Notes: a model not told the origin generated them from the letters alone. A DNA stretch of 64,000 bases from Thermofilaceae archaeon (GCA_038727095.1 JAVYWK010000007.1:10058-74057); one strand, 5' to 3'; shown: positions 30,403 to 40,297, numbered from the stretch's first letter. Program-made: numbers and translations.

Positions 30403-31073
30403 AAGAGGGACGCCTGTATCCGCATCATCTCGATACCAGTCGTGTCGAATCCCACGAGGGCCCCCCTACTGTTAGCCACTACACCGCTCTTCACGAAAAC
30501 GTTACCTCGGTTTACCGTCCCTATTCCACCCTTTGGCACCTTCATCAAACTGATGAGAGTGTTCACTTCGTCATCACTGAGTATGGGGCTCAATAGTACT
30601 CCACGGTTGGTTGCCACCCCGAGAGCACCTACGAAATTTGATCCTCCGAGCTTCATCTGCACAACTTCTACATCGAGAGTGTCAGCTATCTTAGTTCTAG
30701 CAGGGGGAGGTATAAGTGGACTTACTATGGCTGTCGAGTCGTTTGTGAGTATCATGTTCCCAAGAGCGTTCTCTCTGATCTCGTCAAGCACGTCAACCAC
30801 CAACGCGTCGCCGACAGCCTTTCTAATCCGGTCAACTTCCTCCTCCTTCACAAGGTTTCCGAGTAGCAGGCCCTTGCTGTTTATTACGCATAGGATGCCG
30901 AGGAGAGGGGATTCACCGATTGTGGCCCGGACAACTTCTGCTCCCAAGCTGCGCCGTATGGCGAGCTCAACCTTGTCTGGAGCACTTTCCGGTATCAGAG
31001 CCCATTTCTCGCTCGCCGTTACAAAGACTCCGACGTATGGATTACCGAAGGCATACAGTACTTCAATGCTCAA
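30399..31073 (-). CDS. eif6: translation initiation factor aIF-6
   Basis: GNPYVGVF, NALGNMILTND, GTVNRG..VANSRG. Confidence 0.95.
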   Translation of the reverse strand: MSIEVLYAFGNPYVGVFVTASEKWALIPESAPDKVELAIRRSLGAEVVRATIGESPLLGILCVINSKGLLLGNLVKEEEVDRIRKAVGDALVVDVLDEIRENALGNMILTNDSTAIVSPLIPPPARTKIADTLDVEVVQMKLGGSNFVGALGVATNRGVLLSPILSDDEVNTLISLMKVPKGGIGTVNRGNVFVKSGVVANSRGALVGFDTTGIEMMRIQASLF

Positions 31074-31354
31074 GCGCTGCTCTCCCTCCCCTCCTCCTTA
31101 GGCAGCCTCACCTCCGCAATTCTAGCACCCTCCTCCTCTCGTACCTCTACCGCTACCTTAACCCGCCTGGGGGGTCTCTTTATCCCCCTGGACCAGATCG
31201 CCTCGTTTACTTCGGGAGATATACTCACGATCTTCGACTTCGTGTGGCGCATGATGAACTCTCTAAGCACCCTTATCGCTACTTTCGCCCGCTTACTGAG
31301 CGGTGCTCTGAAAGCGTCTCTCAACGGTACGACATATATTGTTTCGTCGGCCAT
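31070..31354 (-). CDS. rpl31e: 50S ribosomal protein L31e
   Basis: YVVPLR, RAKVAI, VNEAIWSRGIKRPP. Confidence 0.95.
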   Translation of the reverse strand: MADETIYVVPLRDAFRAPLSKRAKVAIRVLREFIMRHTKSKIVSISPEVNEAIWSRGIKRPPRRVKVAVEVREEEGARIAEVRLPKEEGRESSA

Positions 31355-31365
31355 CTTCGACACCC

Positions 31366-31518
31366 CTACAACTGCATTCTACTCCTCCGCCAGTTCCTCC
31401 GAATCTTCCTTACAACCCTTCTTCTCGTTTTAGCGATAACCCAAACAGGGATTTGATAGTTGGATTTCAGCGCGCTAGCGAGTCTCAGCTTTTTCGCTAA
31501 CGGCTTATTGCGCGCCAT
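31366..31518 (-). CDS. rpl39e: 50S ribosomal protein L39e (absent from ORF track, 50 aa)
   Basis: Manual translation [50 protein letters not shown]. Confidence 0.95.
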   Translation of the reverse strand: MARNKPLAKKLRLASALKSNYQIPVWVIAKTRRRVVRKIRRNWRRSRMQL

Positions 31519-31877
31519 CACAGTTCACCGACGCTGCCTCTCGTATACTTTATCCTTATTTCTTTCTTCTGTTCAGTGATTCGGGCTAGGAGCTCCTTCA
31601 GCAGATCATCAGTTACGGGTAGTGGAATTCTACCCGTTTGAGCCAGCTGAATGAGCTGAATCTCCAACTGTTCAACAAGCTCTGGTCTCACCATCCTTAG
31701 GTTGGTCAACCTTTCACGCGCTTTAGGCGTTAGGATCCTTCTGAGGTACTCCTGCCTCCTTTCCTCTTCTAGGCGGCGCTGCTCCTCTGCCTGCGCAGCT
31801 TCTAAAGCGCGTTGGTACTCCTGAAGCTTCCTACGCTTGATCTCCTCGAGTTCCTCATCGTACTCGTAACTCTCCAT
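31518..31877 (-). CDS. PDCD5-like DNA-binding protein
   Basis: [34 protein letters not shown]. Confidence 0.92.
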   Translation of the reverse strand: MESYEYDEELEEIKRRKLQEYQRALEAAQAEEQRRLEEERRQEYLRRILTPKARERLTNLRMVRPELVEQLEIQLIQLAQTGRIPLPVTDDLLKELLARITEQKKEIRIKYTRGSVGEL

Positions 31878-31903
31878 TATAATTCACCTCAGCATCGGTG
31901 GTA

Positions 31904-32368
31904 TTAAGATAAGTATTTCGCTAGCTCAGGGCGCTCCGCAACCATCTGCTTAAAGATGTGGTGAGCTAGAGAATCCATTAAAGCTCTCCCCTTTGGAGTG
32001 AGAGTTCTGCCCTTTCGCTCGATCTTTGTAACGAGGCCCGCAGCTTCCAGCTGCTGCAACGCCTTCCTTACAGATGATCCACCAGCTTTTCTGAAATGCT
32101 CTCGGCGGTGGCCGAGGTTCTTACGCCCCCCGTAGGCGACTCTCAACCTTTCGATTCCCGTAGAACCGTGAATGTAGAGTTTCCTCAGAAGGGAGGCGCA
32201 CCTCTTGTACCACCAGTCGGGGTCATCAGGTACGCGCTCCTTGTAGCTACCCGTTTTCGCGTACAAAGCCCACTCCGGCGGCTTTATCGTATCCCCGAAG
32301 TTCTCCTTCAGATGCCTGGCTAGCTCTTCAACGAATATGCGCGGTGGTATGTACCTTACATCAGTCAC
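31904..32368 (-). CDS. rps19e: 30S ribosomal protein S19e
   Basis: PPEWA..KTG..ERVP..DWWY.R.ASLLRK; GTG start at 32368 preferred over the overlapping longer ORF. Confidence 0.95.
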   Translation of the reverse strand: MTDVRYIPPRIFVEELARHLKENFGDTIKPPEWALYAKTGSYKERVPDDPDWWYKRCASLLRKLYIHGSTGIERLRVAYGGRKNLGHRREHFRKAGGSSVRKALQQLEAAGLVTKIERKGRTLTPKGRALMDSLAHHIFKQMVAERPELAKYLS

Positions 32369-32439
32369 GTGTCTAAGGGGCGCACTTAGTCGCAATATAA
32401 GCCTTTGTTCGCTTGCAAGCCTTCTGCTCTTACTTGGAT

Positions 32440-33483
32440 TTAATCCCACTTCCTGAAGAGGAAAATGAAGCTTGTCAACCCCCCCAAATCGATCTTCCTC
32501 ACGGACGAGGGCCTCCACCTCTGCTCGCGAGCAGCCCGTTCTACGATCCGTTTGAGGGGGCTGAGGATCACTAGTCTACCCCCCTCCTCAAGCACTGTGT
32601 ACCCCTCCTCGATTAACGAAAAGTAGAGTCTTTTTAAACCGCCCACGGCTTTTTCACGAATACCGTACGGTGGGTTGGTGGCGATAACGTTGACCTCATG
32701 CCCTAACAGACTGCTTAAGTGCCTAGCGTCAGCCACCCAGAAATCGGCCACTACACCGGCTGAAGCTGCGTTCAGCATAGCGCCTCTCACGTGAGCCGGA
32801 TTAACGTCAAACCCTACCCCGCGTGATAGAGGAGATTCTAGCAACCCTTCGATAACGATCGTCCCTCCGCCGCACAAGGGATCAACCAAGGTTTCACCAT
32901 CCCTCAGGTTGGCGAGCCGACACATGGCTCGTGCTACAATCGGGTTGAGAGATGAAGGATGGACGTAGACCCTGTAGCCTCTATCCCTCAGGCTAGTAAA
33001 GGGCGTTAGATCGATTGCGAGCCTGAACTCTCTACCCATAAGCTCAGCGTAAAAAAGTAGGTCGGGATCGTCTAATGAAACCCTGAGTCGCGGGTATTTT
33101 TCTTGAATAGCTGAACCAACAACTCTTGAGATATCGAGCGACGTGAAGGGGTGGACCCCTTCTCTCGCGGCTTCGACCGCGAAGGATAGCGGATAATTTG
33201 CCATCCCGCTGACAAGATCCACCGGCGTGGAGAGGAGCCGCTTAATCTCCTCCAGGCTTAAGGCGTAGCCCTCCGTTAAAACCGCATAGACTTTCTCTGC
33301 CAAGGTGAGCCGCGAGATAAAGCGTCCCAGCTCACCGCCCTTCATCGGCTTAGCCAGCGTGTAAATGACCTTTCCTCGCTTGATCATTCCGCTACCGGGA
33401 AGAGGTTTAAGCTCGGCTAGGAGCAGATCCTCAAGACCGGGTACTGTCGTGATAAGCAGCTTTGAGACGCCCTCTTCGAGCAT
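32440..33483 (-). CDS. THUMP tRNA m2G6 methyltransferase (Trm14-like)
   Basis: TTVPGLE, HPFTSLD, RGYRVYVHPSSL, DPLCGGGTI, TNPPYG. Confidence 0.85.
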   Translation of the reverse strand: MLEEGVSKLLITTVPGLEDLLLAELKPLPGSGMIKRGKVIYTLAKPMKGGELGRFISRLTLAEKVYAVLTEGYALSLEEIKRLLSTPVDLVSGMANYPLSFAVEAAREGVHPFTSLDISRVVGSAIQEKYPRLRVSLDDPDLLFYAELMGREFRLAIDLTPFTSLRDRGYRVYVHPSSLNPIVARAMCRLANLRDGETLVDPLCGGGTIVIEGLLESPLSRGVGFDVNPAHVRGAMLNAASAGVVADFWVADARHLSSLLGHEVNVIATNPPYGIREKAVGGLKRLYFSLIEEGYTVLEEGGRLVILSPLKRIVERAAREQRWRPSSVRKIDLGGLTSFIFLFRKWD

Positions 33484-33493
33484 CGCCTAACCT

Positions 33494-34648
33494 TCACTTC
33501 AATACTTTCGGTTTTACGCCCAGCTTTGACGCGAGAGCGGTAAGGGCTACCCGAAGAGCTTCGTTCGTGGGGCAAGGTCCCTTGTAGTTGCCGGCCGCAT
33601 CGTGCCCCCCACCTTCACCCCCGAGTTCCCTGGCGACAGCTGATGCTAAGTCTCTGCTCGCGGAAATCCCTGTTTTCTCGAGGAAGCTCCTAGAAGCTCT
33701 AATGCTCAATCGACATTCGCCATTCCTCGCTGAAGCTACGAGAGCCACATCGGCACCGAGGGATATCAACGCTCTTGCAACTGAAGCCTCGTAGGAACCT
33801 ATCTCGCTCACCGCTACGAGGAAGCCCCCTACGTTTAGCACGTGGCTTCTCAACGCCCCCTTCAGCTTGGCTACTCTCTCGGCGTAGGGGGACTCCTCCT
33901 CCAGCAGGGAAAGGGCGAGATTGTAGTTGCCGCCAAGCTCGAGTAGACGGGCGACCATGCGCAGCGTTTCCGGCGTAACTCTGATGAACCGCCTGCTGTC
34001 GAAGAGAATACCGGTTAAGGCTAAAGTCGAAAGCTCCCTTGTTAGTGGGACCGACAAACCTTCCACTGCCTGGTAGACTAGAACGGTAGTTGCAGGTTCC
34101 TCACGGACCAGTGGGAAGCTGGCCCTCGTAGCCAGTTCGCCGGGCGGAGCATGATGATCAATCACCAATAGGAGAGCGGCTCGCTCAACTGGTGAGCGGA
34201 AGACCGATAGCTGAACACCGTTGGTTGCATCCACAACAGCAGCTGCGGAATACGCCTTGCGCCCAGGTTTACGCAAGTACTCCAACCGGATGTTGAGAGC
34301 ATCCATAATCTTGCGTGAGAGCCTGCTAGGGCCTTCGGGGAAGGCTAGATCTACGTCACTGAAGCCCATCTCCTTCAAAAGGTGGCTCAGCAGGATGGAT
34401 GAGGCGAGAGCATCCGGATCCGCGTTCACGTGCGTTACTACAAGCACCGGTTCCTCGGCTCTGCTGGTGAAGCGTTTAACGGCCTCTACTGCCTCAGCCT
34501 GAAGGCTGGAGACCTTCGAGAGACGCCCTGTCAATAAACTCCGCAAAAGCTTGATCAAGGATTTTCCCCAGCTCACGCTCCAGCTCCCTTCGAGGGTAGC
34601 GGGTTTTAACCGAGATAAGAGCTTCGACCGTGTACGGCCACTCTTCAC
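33494..34648 (-). CDS. DHH/DHHA1 phosphoesterase (true start probably about 34500-34540)
   Basis: THVNADPDA, IDHH, GGGHDAAG. Confidence 0.85.
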   Translation of the reverse strand: MKSGRTRSKLLSRLKPATLEGSWSVSWGKSLIKLLRSLLTGRLSKVSSLQAEAVEAVKRFTSRAEEPVLVVTHVNADPDALASSILLSHLLKEMGFSDVDLAFPEGPSRLSRKIMDALNIRLEYLRKPGRKAYSAAAVVDATNGVQLSVFRSPVERAALLLVIDHHAPPGELATRASFPLVREEPATTVLVYQAVEGLSVPLTRELSTLALTGILFDSRRFIRVTPETLRMVARLLELGGNYNLALSLLEEESPYAERVAKLKGALRSHVLNVGGFLVAVSEIGSYEASVARALISLGADVALVASARNGECRLSIRASRSFLEKTGISASRDLASAVARELGGEGGGHDAAGNYKGPCPTNEALRVALTALASKLGVKPKVLK

Positions 34649-34799
34649 TAACGCTCACGAGTACGCTCACCGCCTCTGCGAGGGATCCCAGCTTTTCTCT
34701 CGCTATCATATCAATTCTTTCAGCCAACCAAGCTGCTAATTCTTCTAATCTCTCTCTATTTAGGCTTTTAACCTGCTCCAGCCTGCGCTTCTCCGCCAA
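34494..34799 (-). CDS. DUF3194-like small protein
   Basis: Position between prefoldin beta and DHH gene; alpha/beta pattern. Confidence 0.55.
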   Translation of the reverse strand: MAEKRRLEQVKSLNRERLEELAAWLAERIDMIAREKLGSLAEAVSVLVSVSEEWPYTVEALISVKTRYPRRELERELGKILDQAFAEFIDRASLEGLQPSG

Positions 34800-35148
34800 G
34801 CTTCCTCGCCAGCTTCTTTTCCAATTCTTCTAATTGCTTCTTCAATAAATCTTCCTGTTTTTCTAGAGTTTTAATACGTATTTCTATAGTTTCTTTCAAA
34901 TTGTTTAATTCATTAACAACACTACTCTTACTTTTAAGCACGATTATTGTCCCAACGATTTTGTATACAGGGTGGCTGTCGTCAACGGTACTCAGCTCTT
35001 TTAGAGCCTCATCAACCTCGGTGAGCTGGGCCTGTAGCTGCTGCCTGTTAATCGCTATCAACCTGAGTCTCTCAACTAGATCCTGGTAGCGTTTCACCTC
35101 GGCACGTAGCGCCTCAGAAACGCCTGCCACGTGGTCTACCCGCTCCAA
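34768..35148 (-). CDS. pfdB: prefoldin beta subunit
   Basis: ALKEL..VYKIVGTIIV..IKTLEKQE. Confidence 0.92.
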   Translation of the reverse strand: MERVDHVAGVSEALRAEVKRYQDLVERLRLIAINRQQLQAQLTEVDEALKELSTVDDSHPVYKIVGTIIVLKSKSSVVNELNNLKETIEIRIKTLEKQEDLLKKQLEELEKKLARKLGGEAQAGAG

Positions 35149-35164
35149 CTCAAGATAAGTTTTG

Positions 35165-35431
35165 CTATTGTTTCTCAGCGCTATAGCCTAGCTCTTGAGC
35201 CGCTCGCTCTAAGGCGGTAAGCAATCGGAGAAAACTGTTAAGGGCGGCTCTGAGAGAGGATCTCCTCTCAGAGGTGAATCGTAGGAGGAGATGTGCGCCT
35301 TGCAGGTCTATTTGGACCCTGACTCTAGGTGAGGGTTGGCTTGAGGTTTCGACGGATAGTGCCTTGAATAGGGCCTTTGCCTCCACCTCGTCAACGGCGT
35401 TAATCGCGATCACCGCCTCATATGCTGCCAC
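35165..35431 (-). CDS. pcc1: KEOPS complex subunit Pcc1
   Basis: LRAALNSFLRL motif; conserved context. Confidence 0.88.
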   Translation of the reverse strand: MAAYEAVIAINAVDEVEAKALFKALSVETSSQPSPRVRVQIDLQGAHLLLRFTSERRSSLRAALNSFLRLLTALERAAQELGYSAEKQ

Positions 35432-35990
35432 GTTTGATCACCGCGTACTTCTCGACCAGCAATCGGGGGCCGCGCGGCTGTCTAGACTCGGGTTTCACAA
35501 ACTTCAGCGCGAATAGCGTGCGTGGGTGCTTGACGTACGCTATTAGAAGGAGCGAATCGTAAACGTTGGCAAGCTCTTCCGGTTTCGCGTCTTCCACGAG
35601 CGGTAGATTCATTGCGGCAGCCAGCTCGTGTCCGAACTCTAGAGCTTCCTGCTCCCGCTGAACTAGAACCGCTAGGCTTCTAGGGGGTTGCGGTTTTGCA
35701 GCCAGCTCACGCGCCAGTTTTACGCCGCTCAGCTTTAACAGCAGGGAGGTGTACGGGGGATCTAGCGTCTTGAAAACTTCAATCCGACCCGGGTTACCCA
35801 TTAGTCCCCTTCCGACGATCAGGACCCTGAGGGCGCCGAGAGTTTTAGCCTGAAGGAGCACATCGAGCAGCCTACTCTTACCCCTATTAACCTTGAGTGC
35901 GTTCGGAAGGGATAGAGCGAGCTCTTTCGCGAGGGACCTCACTCGAGGATTGGATCTGTGGGTTGTTGTGACAAGGTAGTGGCAGGTCAA
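35418..35990 (-). CDS. Brix-domain ribosome biogenesis protein (Imp4-like)
   Basis: TTTHRSNPRVRSLAKEL, NRGK, GNPG, GPRL. Confidence 0.85.
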   Translation of the reverse strand: MTCHYLVTTTHRSNPRVRSLAKELALSLPNALKVNRGKSRLLDVLLQAKTLGALRVLIVGRGLMGNPGRIEVFKTLDPPYTSLLLKLSGVKLARELAAKPQPPRSLAVLVQREQEALEFGHELAAAMNLPLVEDAKPEELANVYDSLLLIAYVKHPRTLFALKFVKPESRQPRGPRLLVEKYAVIKRGSI

Positions 35991-36268
35991 CGCCGTACCA
36001 TTCGCTTAATGCTTTGAAGCTCTTCACTCGTGAAAGTCTTACCGAGCTCTGTGCGTGGTACGTAAGCTCCACCGGCGAACGTATAGCCGCACTTCCTGCA
36101 CCTCCATATACCGACACTCACCCTGCGTAGTCGGCCGCGGGTGAAGCAACGGGGGCACCTGTGAGGACCCCTCATCTTAGCCTCAATAGCCGCTACCTTA
36201 TGCCTGAGTGTGGCACCATACCTTGCTTCAAAGCGTCCAGCGGTGCCGGCAACCTTTGTTCGTCCCAT
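35987..36268 (-). CDS. rpl37ae: 50S ribosomal protein L37ae
   Basis: GRFEARYGATLR, CPRC..GIWRCRKCG..AGGAY. Confidence 0.96.
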   Translation of the reverse strand: MGRTKVAGTAGRFEARYGATLRHKVAAIEAKMRGPHRCPRCFTRGRLRRVSVGIWRCRKCGYTFAGGAYVPRTELGKTFTSEELQSIKRMVRR

Positions 36269-36398
36269 GGAAAATCGTGGAGCCGTGCGGAGAGGCTATT
36301 TAAATTTGTCACGTGCTGAACTGCGGCGTAGCGCTTATCGCCATAAGACGAAAGTATTACGGCTGGTGTCGCTCGGCGTTCGTAAATAGGTTGTACAC

Positions 36399-37919
36399 GT
36401 GCAGCTAGCAGTGCAGGTAAAAAGGGCGTTAACTGAGAGAGCTATAGTATCGCTCGTACTCCTGGCGCTAGGATACTTGACGTTTAGAGGCGATCTCTCC
36501 GGTGAACATGGCATGCTTCTGCTGGTGGGGCTCTTACTTTCGCTGGTGCTACCGGGTCTGGGGGTAGCCGCGTTCGCGTTTCCAATGCTCATGTATGCGG
36601 GTAACGGCCACCCTCTTACGCTACTCCTCGCGGCTCCTGTAGTTGTGCTCGCGTTCCGCTTCTGGCCTCAAGCCTGCGCGTGGCTCGCATCCGTTGTGCT
36701 CGAGGATCCGCTCGCCAGCTACTTGGCGACCACCGCATTGCTGTTCTCTCTGAAGTTTGCATCCCCAAACGCTGCAGCTTTTATGATGTTCTTCTACGTC
36801 CTCTCAGCGGGCTTTAAGCTGGCTCGCTCAGTGCCGCCCGGCTCTGCGGGCTGCCAGCGATTGGTCGTGGCTCGAGGTTTGGCAAACCTGCCTGAGAGCG
36901 ATTGGGTGGAGCTTGCCGGCGAGTGGTTTTTCACGAACCTCATAGGCCCACCCCGCCTCCTGCTTCTCGCGCTAACTTACGCTGCAGCTGGGGCGGCAGC
37001 CTCTAAGCTCCAGAGGCTTGAAGCTACTAGGCTGGCCGGTGTACTGCCTTCACTGGTAATCGTGCTCGCGTTAAACGTCGTGGCAAGCACAATAGGGGTC
37101 AAGCCAGGCGTTGAACCCCTTATTGTTCTAGCCGGGACCCTCGTGATGACGTTGTTAGCTGAGCTAAGGCGTGTGAAGCTACCTAGTAGGAGGCTAGCTG
37201 TCAGACGCGCTATGCGAGCTCCTCGCACGGTTCTACCGCACATGGAGGGCGCTTGGACGGCTCTCTGCAAAATGCTCGCAGGTGGCGAGAGGCTCCTCCT
37301 GGTGTTTGGGCCTTCAGGTTGCGGCAAAACACTCTTGGTACGGGAGACTCTCAAAGCTTGCAGGCTGAGAGTAGCAGATCGTTCGAGATTTAAAGGCAAA
37401 GTCGTCCACCTTGAGAACGCAGAGAGCGAGTGGAATCTCGATGAAACAATCAGAAAGCTCCTGATATCCGGAGCAAAGTGTGTGGTGCTCGAGACTAGCC
37501 GCCCGTTGACACTACTGGGCAGACTGAAAACTGTGCTTCCGCGAAAGGCAGTCTACGTTATGCCCCCCGACGAGAACACTCGAAGTAGGCTGATCTCGCA
37601 GGAGCTTACTGGTTTAGCGGACGAAAACACTGTCGCTTGGTTAGCAGAGGCAACGCAAAGGTACAGTTTGAGAGGCCTCATGAAACTTTTGGAGAGCATT
37701 AAGGCGCACGTACAAAACGGTAGCGAGCTCGGGCAGGCTATAGCCGTTGCGCTACAGGCTGTTCCCCCCGATCTTTCGTACGAGGAATTAGCGGAGTGTG
37801 AGCGTTTCATCACAACGTTCAAGGGGATGGTTGCTGGCTTCTCTCGCGGCCAAACCAACGATGGGGTAGTCGTGCAGGCTGTCAATCCCGATGCGTTAGG
37901 GGCATTGATGGGTGAGTAG
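36399..37919 (+). CDS. polytopic membrane protein with C-terminal degenerate AAA ATPase
   Basis: About 260 hydrophobic residues then GPSGCGKT, ETSRP, YVMPPDENTR. Confidence 0.7.
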   Translation: MQLAVQVKRALTERAIVSLVLLALGYLTFRGDLSGEHGMLLLVGLLLSLVLPGLGVAAFAFPMLMYAGNGHPLTLLLAAPVVVLAFRFWPQACAWLASVVLEDPLASYLATTALLFSLKFASPNAAAFMMFFYVLSAGFKLARSVPPGSAGCQRLVVARGLANLPESDWVELAGEWFFTNLIGPPRLLLLALTYAAAGAAASKLQRLEATRLAGVLPSLVIVLALNVVASTIGVKPGVEPLIVLAGTLVMTLLAELRRVKLPSRRLAVRRAMRAPRTVLPHMEGAWTALCKMLAGGERLLLVFGPSGCGKTLLVRETLKACRLRVADRSRFKGKVVHLENAESEWNLDETIRKLLISGAKCVVLETSRPLTLLGRLKTVLPRKAVYVMPPDENTRSRLISQELTGLADENTVAWLAEATQRYSLRGLMKLLESIKAHVQNGSELGQAIAVALQAVPPDLSYEELAECERFITTFKGMVAGFSRGQTNDGVVVQAVNPDALGALMGE

Positions 37920-38016
37920 CCCCTAACTCTAAAACCGCAGTGACTGAGGGCGCGCGGTAAAAACATATAAGCCGGTCGAGTACAATGCTTACCCGGAGGT
38001 GGGTGAGGAAACAGTA

Positions 38017-38131
38017 GGGGCCGTGGCCTAGCAAGGTATGGCGGCGGTCGCTTAGGTGGCCGAGGCTCCAGGCGCATTGGAATCCGAGGGTAACCCGCAG
38101 GTCCCGGGTTCGAGTCCCGGCGGCCCCACCA
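38017..38131 (+). tRNA. tRNA-Trp(CCA) with introns at 30/31 (38048-38064) and 37/38 (38072-38092)
   Basis: CGGC/GCCG BHB for intron 1; mature GCGGG-CTCCAGA-CCCGC; second helix imperfect. Confidence 0.85.
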
Positions 38132-38379
38132 TCCGCCTCCAATTCTCTACCTTGTTCTTACATAAACCTTCTAACTAGTTCTTTGTTAAATGGAACAACC
38201 CTCTATATTGTATCCGCACTGTTCCAAAATAATTATGCTGATGTGGAGCGATGATAATCAATGTTGCTAAGGGCGGTAAAGTGGAAAAACCGTGGAGAAG
38301 TTAAATGTAGAAAAATAGATATCGCTCATCCAGCGCGGAGTAGAGTATTTTTAAGGAGGTTTGTGCACCCCTCCGTTCG

Positions 38380-38625
38380 ATGGGGAAGGTAAGACCCCTC
38401 TATGTAAAGCGCACAGCGAGGAGGTTACTCGAAAAGTACCCAGATAAATTCACAGAAGACTTTGAACATAATAAGCGTGTGGTAGGCCAGCTTATAAGCG
38501 CCAGCAAAAGGGTAAGGAACAGAATCGCGGGTTACATCACACGGCTGATTAAGCAGCAAGCTAGGCTAAAAGCGATAGAGGTGGCAGAGGCTGAAAGCGT
38601 ACCTGTTGAGGAGGAAGGCATCTGA
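38380..38625 (+). CDS. rps17e: 30S ribosomal protein S17e
   Basis: MGKVRP..FTEDFEHNK..SKRVRNRIAGYIT. Confidence 0.96.
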   Translation: MGKVRPLYVKRTARRLLEKYPDKFTEDFEHNKRVVGQLISASKRVRNRIAGYITRLIKQQARLKAIEVAEAESVPVEEEGI

Positions 38626-38694
38626 TTAGTGCTTATTGGCCGATGGCTGAAACGAAAGCCATTAAAAGCGTTAGAGAGTTACCTCTCCTAGAGC

Positions 38695-38811
38695 GCCCCG
38701 GTCGTATAGCCCGGTCAAGTATGCCGGCCTTTCGAAGCTGAGGCCTGAGGATAGCCGGAGTGCGGTCTAGCCGCACGGATAACCCGGGTTCAAATCCCGG
38801 CCGGGGCACCA
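38695..38811 (+). tRNA. tRNA-Glu(TTC) with introns at 37/38 (38735-38752) and 45/46 (38761-38780)
   Basis: Cloverleaf restored after removing two inserts with BHB-like ends; CCA. Confidence 0.9.
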
Positions 38812-38877
38812 ATGGATACTCGCTCTCGATCGCTGCTATCTAGGTTTGGGAAAGGCAGGTTATGCACCCTTACTGGA

Positions 38878-39756
38878 TCAGGCAAAGTGGCGTTCAAGCG
38901 TCCCTTCTCGCGCTGGTACTAGATCTAGCAGCCTTCTCATCAACTTGAGTTTGAGCTTCTCCCCCAGGTTTACCTTGATAAGCTTGAGGCTTACAGGCGA
39001 TTTAGCCACCATAATTTCGCAATTGCTAAAGTTGCTAGTCAGCGCCCCATCTATCACCACACTACAACCACCCTCGATCACCACCGTCAGTTTACGGGTG
39101 GCGGAAGCCACGAAGGGCTTCAACAGAGCTGAAAACGGCGCTAGAGGAGTTACTATGAATGCCTCAAGCAGAGGGTCCAGAATGGCTCCACCCGCTGACA
39201 GTGCGTAAGCAGTGGAGCCCGTAGGTGTTGCGACGATAAGGCCGTCAAGCCGACCTTCCATTACTAACTCATCGTCCAGGAGTACCCTCGCTCTAAGGAG
39301 GACGCCGCAGCGTGATGTGAGTATCGCCGCCTCATTGGCGAAGATGGAGCGCCAACCACTAATAACCGCCTCACCAACAAGCCGGTTTTCGATCGTGTAC
39401 TTGCCCTGCGCGACGAGCTGGAGCGCTGGAATAGCATTGTCTAACGTCACCTCCATGAGGAAGCCTAGACTATCGCCGCTGTTCACGCCCAGCAGGGGGA
39501 TTACCCCCCGTGTTTCATGAAACACTTTAAGCAGTGTCCCGTCACCACCCACCACTAAGGCAAAATCTGCCCACTTAACTGCCTGCTCAGGGCTTAATCT
39601 CGGAGAGTTACTGGGGAAGGGGCAGGCTGAGTGGATGGCAACCTGGAAACCGTGTTTCTCCAAGAAGTTCTCCAGCATTACGAGTTTCTCCTCGCTTACT
39701 GTCGGTTTTACGTAAACCCATACGCGCGTAAAGCCTCGCACGTGAACCCTATACAC
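38878..39756 (-). CDS. nadK: NAD kinase
   Basis: GGDGTLL, LGFL, ANE, DGLIVATPTGSTAYALSAGG. Confidence 0.95.
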   Translation of the reverse strand: MYRVHVRGFTRVWVYVKPTVSEEKLVMLENFLEKHGFQVAIHSACPFPSNSPRLSPEQAVKWADFALVVGGDGTLLKVFHETRGVIPLLGVNSGDSLGFLMEVTLDNAIPALQLVAQGKYTIENRLVGEAVISGWRSIFANEAAILTSRCGVLLRARVLLDDELVMEGRLDGLIVATPTGSTAYALSAGGAILDPLLEAFIVTPLAPFSALLKPFVASATRKLTVVIEGGCSVVIDGALTSNFSNCEIMVAKSPVSLKLIKVNLGEKLKLKLMRRLLDLVPAREGTLERHFA

Positions 39757-39842
39757 CCGGATATAGATTTTATAAGGTATTCACGGTTTCACGATTAGGC
39801 AAGGTTTTAATAGTGGGTAGAGCCGCATCCGTGTGAGGGACG

Positions 39843-40247
39843 ATGTCGACGAAGCCTGTGGATGCTGGGTCATTAAAGGAGGGCTCTTTTGTGATAGTAG
39901 ATAGCGAACCCTGCAGGGTTACGGAAGTCGAAAGATCAAAGACGGGGAAGCATGGGTCAGCTAAGGTCCGCATAGTCGCTATAGGGATATTTGACGGTGT
40001 GAAAAGAACCTTAGTCGTCCCTGCAGATTCCAAAGTCGAAACTCCGATCGTAAGGAAATTCCCAGGGCAGGTTCTCGCGTCTCTCGGCGGTGACATAGTT
40101 CAGGTGATGAGCCTGGAGGACTACTCCACTTTCGAGGCTCCGTTACCCGATGATCCTGACGTTAGATCAAAAATAGAGCCGGGAGTAGAAGTGGAAGTTT
40201 GGAGCATAATGGGACGCTACAAGATAATGCGTACGCTCAAACGCTAA
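39843..40247 (+). CDS. eif5a: translation factor aIF-5A
   Basis: SKTGKHGSAK hypusine motif. Confidence 0.97.
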   Translation: MSTKPVDAGSLKEGSFVIVDSEPCRVTEVERSKTGKHGSAKVRIVAIGIFDGVKRTLVVPADSKVETPIVRKFPGQVLASLGGDIVQVMSLEDYSTFEAPLPDDPDVRSKIEPGVEVEVWSIMGRYKIMRTLKR

Positions 40248-40297
40248 AGCTGCAAGACCCAAACGCATATTACTGAGAGTTTGCACGGTTGGGCAGA

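Noticed and set aside
32369-32518. N-terminal extension of S19e in the ORF track
   Set aside because: Overlaps the Trm14-like gene and a TATA-like element at about 32395; homology starts at GTG 32368
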